DNA of 63,861 bases, filler included, from Rhabdomonas costata (Eukaryota), in NCBI GenBank assembly GCA_019059605.1. It is 18 parts of 18 records of this genome, joined end to end, with 100 filler letters (N's around TTAATTAATTAA, not from the genome) between each part and the next. Parts side by side here need not be neighbours in the genome. Positions count along the whole stretch, not along the records: positions 10,686 to 14,140 come from JAHMHO010000823.1; positions 14,241 to 17,700 come from JAHMHO010000824.1; positions 17,801 to 21,257 come from JAHMHO010000825.1; positions 21,358 to 24,813 come from JAHMHO010000826.1; 14 more parts are not named here. One strand, 5' to 3'. The notes under the pieces were generated by a model. It saw nothing but the letters and a program-made list of their open reading frames with translations. It did not search any database and was not told the origin of the DNA. Made by a program: the position numbers and the translations under genes. This document shows positions 10,871 to 24,580 of the stretch, in pieces; the first letter of the stretch is position 1, and every line of letters starts with the position of its first letter.

Positions 10871-12556
10871 CAGTCAGCATCTCCGCCACCAGCACCCCAA
10901 AGCTCCAAACGTCACACGTTGTCTGCCATTGCCCGTGGGAAGCCTGAGTGAGGGCATGGTGGTGAGGGCAAGTCCTCCCAGAATGCGTGAAGGTGATTTT
11001 GTACACAAAATCTGGATGTGTGTCTCCTCCCCGCGTGCTCGTCGCGCGAGTACTTCGAGTCACTTCCTGAAAATGGCATGGATGTGGTCCATTCTCCCTA
11101 GTTTTTCCCAGACGGCAAACCTCGGGAGCCATGTAAAATGGCGTGGAGGCGTGGCAGGGGTCGTCCAGCTTGCCGGCGGTGCCAAAATCAGCCAGTTTGC
11201 ATACTCCACTCTTTTGTACCTGCGAGCAGGCATTTAAACAGAGGAGATAGACGAAAGGGCGTGGGCTGGTAGGAAGTGGAGGCAGACACTGAAGGTAATG
11301 CAAACCGACACACTGGCAGACAAACATCCTCGCATAACATTGCCGTGGAAGTACCGTGACATGCGGAAGCGCGCAAAAATGTCAGTCGTTTTTTTTTTTC
11401 AGTTTCGCAGGCAAAATGCTAGAACAGCGAAATCACCCCACCACCACAAGAGAAGGGACCAAAGGCAACTGATGGGGACTAAAGCTGACAGAGTGAAAAG
11501 TAGTGAAAGGTGAGCAACGTCAACATAGGAGTCACGTCAGTCTTGCAGCCTTCCCAAAAAATGCTCCAGAAAGACAGGCAAAGCTCGTAGTGTAGGATTG
11601 TGTGCGCTTCGACAAGTCTAGCAGACACCTGAAAACAACCGCTCCTCAGTTCTGTCATTTGAAATTCTGTCTTCTTCTGGACGAGGAAAAGAACACGTTG
11701 TGATTGCTTTAGTGTCTACCAGCACATTGTGCGGCTTCACATCGCGGTGGAGGACTCCACTGCGGTGGAGGTAACCGATGCCCCGGATCACGTCATTGGC
11801 GTAGCACGCAACCACGTTGGGTGACAGCGCCCCGAAGTCCTTGATTAGGCTGGCAATGGTCCTGCGTAGGGTGTGTGTCTGTGTGGGTGTGGGTGTGTGG
11901 GAGGGGGGGGATAAGGGTTTGAACGGATGGGTGGTGTGTGCAGACTTTCCCAACCCAACTTTCAGAAGCTGATGCCGAAAAAAGGGACAGTAGGCTAGGC
12001 TTTCATCTTCGCTATGTGCTTGTGATATCATTCTCATCTTTCTTATCACAAGGACAGGATGTCTGGAACGCTTTTCCGATGTGCCAAGACCACTAAAAGA
12101 CGCTTCTTCTCTCCTTTCAGTTCCCAAGGTTCTTATTGTCTTACTACCTTGAGTAAACATATCCATGACCACCGGAGCTTCTGAGGTGTTTTTGCCCCCA
12201 CAGTATATTACGCCCACACTTCTCCGCAAGAGCCGGACCCTTGATGACACTCTCTCATTCAATGGAGAGAGGGTCCCCTGCCCCTGCTCGGGTTGTAGAG
12301 GCCGTGTGATGGGTAGGACGGGCTGCAGCCTGCGTGTGTGGGGAAGGCAGGAATGATGGGTGACTGAGGAGCGCGAGCGTTCTACCCCCCGCTGAGCTCC
12401 ATGATGACCACCAAGTGCCCGGTCACGAACGCGCTGCCCTTGTAGCTGACGATGTTCTTGTGCTGCAGCTGCGAGAGCAGCCCGATCTCCTTCAGCATGG
12501 TCTCCACCTGGGGACCAGGGGTGCGCTCCACCCGCATCATCTTCACCGCGACCAGG
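10871..12556 (-). CDS. Ser/Thr protein kinase, STE11/MAP3K-like, partial
   Basis: GT-AG exons: 12386-12556 (LVAVK…KEIGLLSQLQHKNIV), 11720-11861 (YLHRSGVLHRDVKPHNVL), 11121-11219 (CKLADFG…TPFYMAPE), 10871-10943 (DVWSFG). A possible G-loop exon (GSRGAFAK) lies near 13060-13130. Confidence 0.92.
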
Positions 12557-13962
12557 CTGCGGGCATTCCGGTGTTGGAGGGGAGGGGAGGGTCAAGCCAA
12601 TGAGTATGTGTGCCCTTTTCGGCTGGATCGCTGCTGCAGAGGCTGATGTCGCACCGTCGCCCTGCTGAGTTAAGCGAGTCAACCTACTCAGTTCTCAGTG
12701 TCTGCATGCACACGTTCACTCGCGAGCAGTCGAAAGACGATGCGGCTGAGGCCTCCATTTGCCTAATCCTCGGAGGGCAAAAAACTCTATCAGACGGCAG
12801 ATAAGGTGACCGTCGTGGGAAGAAAAACAGAGAAACGAGAATCCTGCAGCACAACGAACATAAACCGCTGCAGACAAACAACCCAACGCTCGAAACTTTG
12901 AAGCATACAAATACATAACTTTTTCACCCGTTTTCAGAATTTCGAAGTATATTTCATTTTTCTTTTATATTTTCTTTATTTTTATTATTTAAACTTTGTA
13001 ATACCTGAATCAGGAGCCATTCCACTTGCCCTATAAGGACACGCGGGCAATTACAATACTTCGCGAACGCTCCCCTGCTCCCTCCGGGAACGCGGATCAC
13101 CTCAACGACCCTCTCCCAGCAACCTGCCTGAGGGCCTCCATTCCCGCCGAACGGCCCGAATGCAAAGCTCCAAGATCCTTGACTGAAACGCACTTCCACA
13201 GCCATTTGTAAGAAAGGTGCTGAATTGTTATTATTTGAAAAACACAATCAAAGCCAGTCTCTAAGATGTCTCTCAGAGAGTTTTATCAGTGTGTCAGCGA
13301 CACATGCTGATAAGCCACGGTCTCCACAGAGTTCAAAATTCTGGCATATTGTATGAAACACCCTGTGTGCTGCTCAACACCACGACCACTCAATGAACCA
13401 CGCGTTCTTGTGCATCGGTTTGCCCAGTTAAAGATACTGCGCTGTGTGCCAATGAAAAGCGTCAGGATGCGGTGACCTTACCTTTTCGCCCGAGAAAGGC
13501 GCTTTCCCTGCAATTTCTGTCCCCACCTCTCTTTTTACACGCTCTTCAGTCTGAAGATGCCATTCTGCAGACGAGAAGCTCCTTGCAAAGCATCATTGAC
13601 AACATGAACAGCATGGCCACCCCGCACCGCAGCCCTGTCAGAGGGTAGGTTCCCCACTCCCGCGAATATGAGCGTGTATAGGCGTACAGACGCATAAGTA
13701 CTGCTGAGAACCATTTTCTGTCATGCAGCGGTTGATGGGCAATGAAAAGGGATTGGGCCTTGGAGTTGGACACTTTCGGGCAGACCTGGAACCCCTCCTC
13801 TAGCGCGCACTCACACATTCCCATGCAAGGGATTCGTCCTCGTACCTTGTCTCTCGTGGCAGTTGATTCCGTGTCTGGTGTGGATAGGTAGGTCTACTCC
13901 ACCCAAGGCCAAGGAACGAAGTGTCCACACATATGTACTGCGTGGGCGCCTCTCCCTGCTCT

Positions 13963-14002
13963 TTTTATTACTATTACTACTACTACTACTATTATTACTA
14001 TA
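13963..14002 (+). repeat. TAC/TAT trinucleotide microsatellite
   Basis: ttattactattactactactactactattattacta. Confidence 0.85.
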
Positions 14003-14499
14003 TATTTTTTATAATTTATTTCTTTATTTTTCCTCATCATATTTCATTTCAAAGGTTGGGATCGTTCCACCGTTCCAATTGCAAACCAACCGGACAGACT
14101 TAAGCGCCCACAACCGGAAAGCAAGGGGGGGGGGGGGGGGNNNNNNNNNNNNNNNNNNNNNNNNNNNNNNNNNNNNNNNNNNNNTTAATTAATTAANNNN
14201 NNNNNNNNNNNNNNNNNNNNNNNNNNNNNNNNNNNNNNNNGGTTTTGGTGAGACCACACGTGCCTGTGCTCAGATCAACCAGAGTTGATCAGGTAGAGAA
14301 GCGCGAAGCCACATCCCACGCAGAGTGAAACCAGAGACAGCCACAAAGATGAATCAGAGTTTCAATTTAGAGGCACACGTGGAACTAGTTGAATAATGTG
14401 GTGAAGAAGTTGGTGGAGAATAGTGAAGAGCATCAGACCAGTTTCCGTAAGCCAGAAAGTGCCCGAGCGGGATCATTAATGGTGCTGAAGTCCAGTGAG

Positions 14500-15825
14500 T
14501 AATATGGAAGATCCGTAATCGGTCCACAGTAGACAAGAATTGGTGGAAATGTCTTGCGGATTAACTAATGCTGAGTTAACAGTTGTGACCCACCATTCAC
14601 TTTCAGAGGTTTCCAGATAGTTCAAAAACCACCAATTGACTGTGTTGTGTGCATAATGAGAAATATCCTTATGAGTAAGGTTGAGACATTAACCTAACTT
14701 CTAAAGTGAGCAGTGGAGTGGATTTCAGAGGAATGTGCAGACACAAAAGTTTAGCAGTATTTCTAACCTGACCAATTTTGTGGTAATTGTAGAAACTTTT
14801 GGTACCATGCCGATTAGTTTGTTCCTGGGAGTAATTCAGACCGCAACTCCAGTGGTGCTGCTTTGACGAGACTACAAAAACAGATTAAATGGAACCACAG
14901 GTGTGTCAGTGGATTCTTTCATAATTATGTTACCAACCACAGGAATGATGAAAGCTGATCCGTATGAAGTTGTTCCAGTTGTGCCTTCATGGTTCCGTGG
15001 TTGCTGAACCAACTGAAATGTCTCCAAACGTCTCGCGGCTGTGAATTACAGACATCTTAATGCCATCACAGATGCTCACTTTTATCACGACGTGGTACAT
15101 GGTTCACGAGATAATTGATTTTAAAGTGGTTTTTGAAAATAAATTTGCATGTGTGAATCCATAAAATCCGCATATATTCAGAGCATGTGAAGAGAACTCA
15201 TTCATTACAATTCAGATTCATGCCGTTTGTGTTGTGCAATGCCCCGGCAACATCCCAGAGAAACATGGACTTTGTTCTTGAGGATCTTCGAGAGACTAAA
15301 GGTGCGTACGTGGACTACATTCTTGTCCATACGGAGACGTTGTAAGCCCATGTGGAAACTTTGAATATACTGTACCAGAGGTTGAATAAATGGAAGCTTT
15401 TTGTAAATCCATAAGAGTTTATGTTTGCACAGCCAGAAGTCACTTATTGTGCATTTATTGTGTGCATAAATTGAATTAAGCCACAACCGAGGAAACTGAT
15501 GACCGTGTATACGTGTAAATGGCAGCAGTTGCGGAAACCTACAGAGATGAAGACGTTTCTCGGTACATGTTGTTTTTACCAGATATTTGTGGAATATTAC
15601 GCCACAGTCGCAGCACTCTGACGGATCTAATTAATAAGAAGAAGAAAGAGTGGGTTTGGAGTGAAGCGCAGGAGACGGAGTTTCAGAGGTTGAAAGCCAG
15701 ACTGTTAAATTCTCCAGTTTCTGTCGTTTTAGACTTTAAAAACTAATTTTGCTTCACAAAGTGATGTGTATTGGAGCCACGAGTTCACAGCAAGTGAAAA
15801 ATGACAAGATGCATTTGGTTGGTGT
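14500..15825 (+). mobile_element. Decayed Ty3/Gypsy pol fragment, same family as 7400-9740
   Basis: RT motifs VNYRHLNAIT, FRFMPFVLCNAPAT and AYVDYIL. Shares nucleotide blocks with contig 3, e.g. gagacggagtttcagag..tgaaagccagact at ~8825 and ~15672. Confidence 0.88.
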
Positions 15826-17700
15826 GCAGGGGTTCGTGCGTGCAGGTGGTGGTTTCAGGTCTCAGGGTGGGTGTGCGTTGGGTGTTTGTGTGCGTGTTCC
15901 CGAGTCGAGGGTGTCAGGAGTCGCGTCTTTGCGTTGGGGTTGGGTTGGTGGGTCGGGTCTTGGCATTCGGGGTTGGGTTGCTTGTTCACCTGATGAGGCT
16001 GGAAGGCCGAAACAGTGCCGTGTCGCTGTCGTGGACTGTCGGGTCTCCTTATCCATCTGTGCATCTACTTGTGTGGTTTCGGTGTCGTAGTGGCCTTCTT
16101 CTTTCGTCGGTCTGTTGTCGGTTGGTTCGGCCTTCGTTTCTAGCCTTCGTTGTATGCTGGGTTCCTTTGCTACGTTACTAACTACTGCGATGATGTTGAT
16201 CTCTGAATCTGGGCTGTTGGGTCTGACTTCGAGCGAGAATGTGTGTGGTGGGTTCCCGTGGTTGACTTCAGCTTTCGGCGCGATCCTGTCTCTGTTTCCG
16301 TCTCCTTTTCAGCCGAGTGAGTGCCTTGGGGTTGGGTGTGGGTGTGCTTGGGTGTGATGGTTCCGTTGTGCTACTGGTTTCTATCGCTGTGTTGGCTGCA
16401 TCTTGTGTATCGGTTTGTACTTCGTTGATGCTTTCGTGGGTCCGTGTGTGTTCTGTGCTGGTTGTTTGCTTGTGCTTGGTCTTCGGTCCTTCTGCCTAGT
16501 GGTATTCCGTAGTTTCGTTGGTTCAGGTTGTCGCCCCACAACCCTAGCAGCAGTAACACACACAGCGAGAGAACCCATAGCAACAACGGAACCAAGCACC
16601 ACAACACCCAACTCCGAACCCAGAATCCACCACCCTACGCTTGCGCGCCCACCTGAACCAACGAGACTACGGAATACCCCTAAGCAGAAGGACCGAATGC
16701 CAAAAGCAACACGCACACCCAAGAACCCACACTGACCCACGAAAGCACCAACGAAGTACGAACCGATACACAAGATGCACAAGAAGTAGCGAATGAACCC
16801 TGAAAACAACGGAAACATAATGCCGAATACCGAATGCCGAATACCAACCCCATTGACGACAGGCACCGCTACCTGAAGTCGAACCCCGAATGCCGAAACC
16901 AGAGACGCGAACCCAGAAGACAGATCCTCAAGCCCTTTGTAAATCCCACGAACCCAAGACACGAAGGCAGAAACGAACCCGGAGACACGGAGAACCCAAA
17001 CCCGAATGCAAAAGCACTTAGGCATAAACATCTAGCTCCCAGCGTTGCATCCTAGTCACCCCGAACCCAGAACCCCGAACCCAAACCCCGAAGTTTATAA
17101 GACGAATGCCGACACCGAATACTGCTCCGTAAACGCATTGAAAACGAAGACGAAGGCCATAACCACGAACTCAGAACCACTCGAAATCCAACCACTCCCA
17201 TGGATACCTGTCCCTAGACGGAATGCATGAACCACACTATACACCTCCCATCACCATTTAAGACCCCAAAGACTTAAACTCGAAACCAGGAACGCAAAAC
17301 CCCAAAGACCAGAACCCTAAATTCAACAAAAACCCGAAAACCCAAACACCAAAACCCCCCGCGGAATTCTGACCCCTGCATAAAACCCGAAGATGCATCC
17401 GAGAAACAGCCCACCAGCTACGCACCTACCATGACCTCTACTCCGGGTGGATCCTGCTACGCAGACCCACCCTACGTACATTCTACCCCTAGAGGCCAAA
17501 AAGTACCTCCATAACATACGCATGATGTCCAGATGCACCCCACATGACCACCACCAACATGCACCAAAGTGACCCTAAGATGTGAAGACGAGATATGCAT
17601 GAGTGATGGACATGAACCCACGCGGGATTCCAAAACCCAAGACCTCAAGACCCCAACCTCAGAAATCCACCCCATGACCTCAAGACAAAGACCCAAACAA
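15815..17700. repeat. G/T-rich then A/C-rich low-complexity imperfect foldback, probable amplification artefact
   Basis: Composition flips at ~16533. 16330-16530 is an imperfect reverse complement of ~16650-16830. Confidence 0.7.
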
Positions 17701-17800
17701 NNNNNNNNNNNNNNNNNNNNNNNNNNNNNNNNNNNNNNNNNNNNTTAATTAATTAANNNNNNNNNNNNNNNNNNNNNNNNNNNNNNNNNNNNNNNNNNNN

Positions 17801-18236
17801 GGGGGGGGTGGAGCTGATGTCTCTGCCTTTCGTTGAGGAGGCTGTCCGGAAGTTTGCAGCGCTTTGTGCTGTGTTAATTTCTTCGCCTTTCGCCTTTCGC
17901 CTTATTCGCTTCTGCTGGACGCAAAGATGGCTTCTTTTATAGGGCGCAAAACAATGGTCGAGGCAAAGGCGAAAGGGTGGGCGCTCGCTGGGGCACCCAG
18001 GACGCACTTGCGCGCTCTTCATCGTGGCAACGGGATATAGGGCGGTTCCCCTTGTGGTGGTGGACAAAATGGTGTTCCCGAACTGGTTTATCATCCCCAT
18101 CGGGAACGAGACTGAGAATAGGAAGCATGAGAAGCGCTACTCCGACGCCCCTGAGGGGGCCCTCGCCGTGAAGTTGGTGCAGGCCAAGGACCTGATCAAG
18201 ACAGACCTCTTCTCTGACTCTGACCCCTACGCCGTG
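17801..18236 (+). CDS. Extended synaptotagmin-like fragment (end of SMP domain + start of C2 domain)
   Basis: Exons 17801-17851 and 18041-18236 splice in frame: VELMSLPFVEEAVRK/AVPLVVVDKMVFPNWFIIPIG…PEGALAVKLVQAKDLIKTDLFSDSDPYAV. Confidence 0.8.
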
Positions 18237-21200
18237 GTTTGCGTGTTCGCAATCGACTGTGATCTGTCTTTTTGTGTGAGAGCAAAATTCCAATGTGTGG
18301 AAAAAGCTCTGAGGAGAGCGGAAAGCCAGCGGAAAGGGAGAAGAACAAGGAGTCGGTCGTTGAGGCCATCCTCGAGAAGCTGCGCTGGGCGACCACAGAA
18401 AACTGCGGCGCCCATCAAATCGCGGTTCTAATCCGCCTGTGAGGTTTCTTAATAGACCTCCGCCCAGCTGTTTGTGGAAGGATTGGTCATTCCCACAAAA
18501 GCAGCGGCCGCGGGGGCGGGAGAATCAGAAGTCCGCCTGGAGGAGAATCCCCAAACGAACTTGTGCATTGTGCAAATGATGTATGGTGCCAACAGTTCTG
18601 TTTTCTGTCGCTTGACCTCAACATCCAACCTCACCTTTGCGATTGAAGCCCCTGTACTCATGTAAACGCAGTTCGACCACTTTCCTCTTCTTCGCATGTG
18701 TCACTCTGTCATCACTTACAGTCACAACCTTGCTGCTATTTGTGGGCCTCATGGGTGGAGAAATTCAGTTGAAGTGTGCTCCTAATTCGCTGGGAGAAAA
18801 CGACGCAGATCCCTGGGTTGGGTTGGAACATATCACTTCTGCCATCTAAATAGTGCAAAATGAACATGTCGTCTGCAAAGTTTTGGTTTGTATATACAGA
18901 GGGTTTTGGGATAAAAATTTTAGCTTAGTGAACGATGCCAACATGATTCCATTGAAGTTTAAAGCAGGCGCTGTTGTTTGGTGTCCCTGCCGCGCAGCAA
19001 CTGGCCTGGGAGATGCCGAATACCCAGCCTTCCATTACAACCGTGGTAAACCTTTAATGCCCCCTCCTCAACGTTGTGTGAGCCAAGTAGCAGATCGTCC
19101 CGCTGGCAGTGAGCAACGCACTCACGTTTCTAGAGACAAAGACCTTTTGTGAACTTTTGTGAATGGAAGTGGGGCGTATGCGCGGGCTCTAGTTGCATGC
19201 AAGTGTCGTTGGATGCAAGAACAGTTTGCGAGCCAAAAAGGCAGGAGGTTGTGCGATATACTGGCTCGATTGCTGTCTGCGGGAAATTTCCATTTCTTTT
19301 TTTTTTTGCCCATGCTAACCTGGGTTGGGCTCACGTCAGGGTCAGAATCGTCGTAGTCCGAGTACTCCTCGTAGGAGATAGAAGGGGGGAGGGTGCTTTC
19401 GTCATCTTCGCGCTTCATTGGGATAATCCTAGCCGGTGGGGCAACTGAATACGTAGCGACGTGTGTGTGCGTGACTGTGTGTGATGGAGGGGAAGGGGTA
19501 AAAATTGGTGCACAGCGATGCAAGATGGCTGCACGCAATCGGAGAAGGGAAACAGACGTCAGGACTTTCGAGACATCGTTTTTTCTCTCCGTGAAACTTC
19601 GCAACAGCTCGGCGGATCCTCTTTGCATGCAACGAAGGTACCAGCAGCAGAGATGCGCGACAAGTCCCGATTCTCAAAAGTGCATCTGTGTTGCTAAAAG
19701 GAAAAGCAGTCGCTCAAGGATCTCTTTGACTATGTTGGCATCACGCACCACAGCTACCTTCACACCTACATAACCTTACAACTGCGTGCCTCAGAAGCGG
19801 GACAACAATACTGAATGACAGGCAATGCAGATACAAGATTCTCTTGACCAGCGGTCACCCAGACGCAGCGCGATTGCAGATAGCCGCTTTCGTGATTCCT
19901 TGGCGCTGCACTTTCCCACTGAAGTAGAAACGTATCTGAAACCTGCACCTCTTTGCCCTTCCACCAAGCCTGGGGCAGAAGGGAGGGGGAGTGATGCTGC
20001 CAATTTATTGGCGGTGCTAACAATTTCTTTCCCGAGATAAGTTGGAGCAAAGTACCCAAAAGGATATCGGAACGCAGCGGAGCGGGCCCAAGCAACCGGA
20101 GCTGTGGTGTGAATGGGTGAGAATGGCTAGATGCATGCGCTCCCCCTATGAGAGGTTATTGACCTTGGAGGGGGTTAGAGGCCGTAGTACGAGTCAGCAG
20201 GACAAGAAATTGTGTGCACACCAGCAAAAAGCTATCACTACCGCACCATTTACCCCAACTACCTTCTCCAATGATCCCAACAAAAACTGAAATCAGAAAG
20301 CCGGCAAGGCGCGGGCACAATCTGTCCCGGTGTGACAGGAGTAGCGAAAGAAGGGCTGCCAAAGTGGGGCAGATAGTGACTGCGAGATGCAAAAGCAAAA
20401 AGAACAGTGTGCAGGAAGGGAGAGGTTCACGTGAGCGGGTGTCGGTGTGTTTGGTCGCGCCGCGGTGCGCATGAAAGAGTGGAGGGGGAGGGGGGGCCAT
20501 GGGTTTCGATCGCCAGGAAACGAGAACACAAAGAAAACTGAAAATGAGTCCCGCTTTGGTTTTCTGAGCACCGCGCGTCGAAGGGGTCCGCCTAGTGACC
20601 CCTCAGAATATAATATCCACCATTTCCGCCTATGTCGCCTCACAAAACCCCGCACACAGGTAACCGCCTGTGTGACGGCTTCCATGCAACCCGCACCCCA
20701 AAGCGTGTCTCCCCACCACCACAAAAAAACCGCCTCCTCCCCATGGAGCTTGGTGCTTCACTGCATTTACCTCCGCCCTACCCCTGTCCCGGTAAACTTC
20801 CCTCAGCGTCTGGATTCGCCCGCAATTTTCGGCGCAGCTTCAGACAGACAGCGAGAAGGAGGGTAGGGCACGGACCGCTCTAAGGGAGGGTGACAAATAC
20901 ACGAGAGAGAAAACTGGCATACGTGCACCGGCTCAGAAAAAGGGGAACGGCAGCCCTCGAAATGCACACAGGGAGACACATGGTTGTCTGTCTGCCTGTT
21001 TTCCGGGCAAAGGGTTTACAAATCACCCGAACCAAAAACATGCCATCGTCCCATCGTCCCAACGGCCTCACACGGGCAGGAACACAAATGTACACTGCCA
21101 CACTCTCTTCACAACTTCTCTCTCTCTTCCAGTCACCGAAAACACCTCCGCCTTCACGCACAGTGCATGAGTACACCTCTGCTGCAGTTGGCATTGGGTA

Positions 21201-21357
21201 TGTCAAAGCACCATAATTCTGGCTGCAAAGCAAAAAAAGCATAAAATAAAAAACACCNNNNNNNNNNNNNNNNNNNNNNNNNNNNNNNNNNNNNNNNNNN
21301 NTTAATTAATTAANNNNNNNNNNNNNNNNNNNNNNNNNNNNNNNNNNNNNNNNNNNN

Positions 21358-22473
21358 GCTGGCCCACTGGGTTGGTATTTCGGAATGCGCTGGAGATGAG
21401 CCACCGGAACGTGTGGGGAGACCCGCTGTTCCGGAGTTGGGCTGGGCAGGTGTTTGCGGCTGCAGCGATGAGTGGGCATGACGTCTGCGGCGCCGGGTGT
21501 GTGCTCGGTTGTTTCAACTAATTTGTTTGTTCTTTTGATTGTTCAGGTCTCGTGTCATCGCAAAAAAAAAAGAGTTGTTCCCTATGCTCTCCGAAGTGCA
21601 ATTGGAAGGTTCCCCTTAATATTATATGTGATAAACTTATGGTAGTCTCTCTCCCTCATTCCCGTCTCCATTCCCCTCCTGCTCCAGCTTTGCCCCCGGC
21701 ATGCTTTGGGGCCTTGTACGCTTTTATCGTTGATACATTTCCCTTCCATCTGTGTGCTTGTGCTCGTGCACCCAGACCAAAATATTGTTGACGCTGGTGT
21801 ATATTTTGGGACCCCACGTGCGCACCACCACCCCCCGTTTTCAATACATTTTGCCTACCCGGTTTTAACTACCAGGGCGGCGACGCGTATGTCCCCTTTG
21901 ACAAGAGAAGTTGTTGCTGGGGGTTAGGGTGGGATACGCGTGGCCCTTTATGCCTCTGCCGGGGGCGGACAACACACCCTCAATACATCATCTACGAGTG
22001 AAGGGACCGTAGGGACCGTAAACGGGGAGGGCAGGAGGTGGCACAATCCTCCCACGCCAAATTGTTCAGCTGTTTTCCATTTTTCACCCATTAGATCGTT
22101 TACTGTGGTTCCATGTGCCCAGAGATGCGTGTTGGGTCATTTTTCCTCCAGTATCTTGCTTTTGGTTGCATCGTTATTGCCTTTTTAGGTCAGGAGATGC
22201 CTTGGTCAGGACCCTGGGGGCCTCCCTTGTGGTTCCCGTCAGCGAAATCCACACCTTCAGTGACCTCGGCTACCACGCCTCCCTCGACGGCTCCGGAAAG
22301 CCCTCTTTAGTAAACCCCTCTGGGCCGATGCCCGATCCCAAGGATTCCCTGGCCCGCCACGCCACCCACCGCGTGGCTGTGGCCAAGACCTCGGAAGGCA
22401 CCCCTGGCAGCAGCGGGAGGGTGGCGAGCGGTTCCTCTGGCGGCTGGCTCTCGGCGTTCACCCCAAGACTGAG
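21358..22473 (+). CDS. Hypothetical protein exons
   Basis: GC-rich open stretches at 21358-21449 and ~22190-22473, bounded by AG/GT. No family recognised. Confidence 0.35.
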
Positions 22474-23388
22474 GTTGTCTGGTTGAGCTGAAACGGGGGG
22501 CCCTGCCCCTGTTCTTCCTGCCTGTCCCACCCGTCAGCCAAAATACCGGGTTCATGTGTTTTTGTGGTCCTAGATTACAGCGTTTTTCCTGGGAGTGTGT
22601 GCCCTGCGTATGGAAGGGCCTTACTTGCAACTGTGCTTCCTGTTCAAGCTGGGTTTTGAGAGCAATGAGGTTGAGGTTGATGCAGAGGCGATGTTTTGAC
22701 AGTTGCACAAGTTTGGGGACTCCTCCCAACGGTGTCTTCATGTTGCGGCAAAGGGACCTTGTGGTGGAGGGGTGTGGTGGGGATAACTGATTCCCGAAAG
22801 TATGGTAAGCTATTCTGAAAAGGTTTCGGAAAACTATGTCTGCATCAATGTACTGCAGATAAAGTTTTGGGCTTTGAGGCTAAATACGGAAAATGCTTCT
22901 GACAAAGCGGTAGCAACGGGCTGCGGGCTAGCCGGGCGTCAAAGGCAAGTCCCCATGTAAATCAAATGGTTTTGCATGAAAACCCGTGGCTAGTAGTAAC
23001 GATTACGCTTTTTAATTTCAAGACCACCGCGTCTGCTGGTGTCAGTTGTCAGGATGACATACCAGATGTCACGTCCTGCGCTTAGATGATGGTTGCCCAC
23101 ACTGCACCCTTGCCGCCCTTAAACGACCCGATGTCTTATGACCAGCCCTAGCATTCTCACTTCCAAAGTGTGCTTTGCATTTGCAGAACTTCCCCAATCA
23201 CAGGGCAGTATGATTGCACAGCATGTTTTGCTGCACATGGTTTGCATTTTTTTGTTTTTATTACAACTGCCCTAAGTGTTGATTCGGCTTTCCGCTCCTT
23301 CTATCGGCTGAGTCTCTACTTTTTTTCTCCTCTTTACCTTTGACTCTCACATGCAGTGGTTGTACACTGTTTTCCCGCTTGCTGAAAG

Positions 23389-24580
23389 ATGAGCCGTTAT
23401 CTCGCAACTTCCCCCTCCCTCGTCTCCACCGCTCCTCCTTCATTGCCATCCTCGCTCCCCTTGGGGGCCGATGGACCCGCAGCCTCCAGCTCAACCTCTT
23501 CCTCTTCCTCGGTCTCGTCATCGTCATCGTCTTCATCATCGGCGGTCGTGCTGCAGCCTGCCAACGCCTTGGAGTACTCATTGGGCAGTAGTCCTGCACT
23601 GCCCTCGCTGCCCTCACGGATTACTGTGCAGTATGTCTCTTTTGGTGTCGGCTGAGTTTATTGGAGTGTCATCCGCCTTATGCTCGATGAACAAGCCCCT
23701 CCCAGGTCCCAAATGATGTTATTTGAAAGAAAAAAGTGGAGTGCGGGACGGGAGGGGTTTGAAAATATACTTCTACTCCTTTTTGTAGCGACCGGGAAGA
23801 GGGTCAAAATTAGTTACATTCCCATATCCGTTGTCTTGGTGTCTTGGTTGCGTTGTTTTAAAGCATATTTTTCTTGGCTTTTTTCGTTCCCTCCTTCGTT
23901 CTGGAGTTTTTCCCTTTTTTTTCTTTTAGCGGCTTTTCGGCTACCATCCCTTTCGAACAGAACGGAAAGGTCGCGATTGCAATTGTAGTCCTCTCCGGCC
24001 ACACGTCCTCTTCCTACACGTCCTCTCATTTGTCGGCCCTGTGGGTCAATATACCGCTCTGAAAGACCGAAATCTTTTTCCCACAAAGTTCCCCCCCCCC
24101 TGGGGGCGCTGGGGGCGGGTCGTTTCATTTCCTTACCATTGGTCCAGTACTTCGCAGGGGGCCACAAGGGGACCCCCACCCCACACACCTTGCTGGCCAT
24201 CCCATATCCAATCCGCGTGGGCCAATGTCCGGCGGTGGACGCTGTGCGCGAGTGCGTTAAAAAGTACGGAACCCGTGGTTCAATACAATTTAAAAGTTGC
24301 CGTGCCCCATCCGTCTCCCACATCATGCAAACGTCCATCGCCTCCTGACCCTCCTGCAATTCATTGGTTTGCAAAAGAAGAGCTGACACACGAGCATCAT
24401 TGACTGACTTATTGTGTGACATGGCCCCTAGGAATATTAATTCTTTGCTGGAGTTCGAGACGGCGCCAGGGACCCCCATTCTCTTTTCTCAGAAATGTGG
24501 TGTGCACATGCTCCTTGGGCACCGAGCTTGAGCTGCGGGAGATTGCCGTGCGGGCCAGAAATGCGGAGTACAACCCAAAG
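23389..24580 (+). CDS. TBP: TATA-binding protein, N-terminal part
   Basis: Exon 23389-23630 (Ser-rich N-terminus ending ITVQ) splices in phase 2 to 24493-24580: [30 protein letters not shown], the first TBP core repeat. Confidence 0.9.

Noticed and set aside
12555-12600. Apparent non-canonical (AC) acceptor before HRNARSLVAVK
   Set aside because: A canonical cgcag at 12557-12558 explains the junction.
11618-12682. 354-aa ORF as a single protein
   Set aside because: It runs through introns and is out of frame with the first kinase exon; only 11720-11861 is in the kinase frame.
19500-19770. In-frame TGA in a coding-looking minus frame, suggesting stop-codon reassignment
   Set aside because: There is no homology anchor, and conserved genes here use TGG for Trp with no in-frame TGA.
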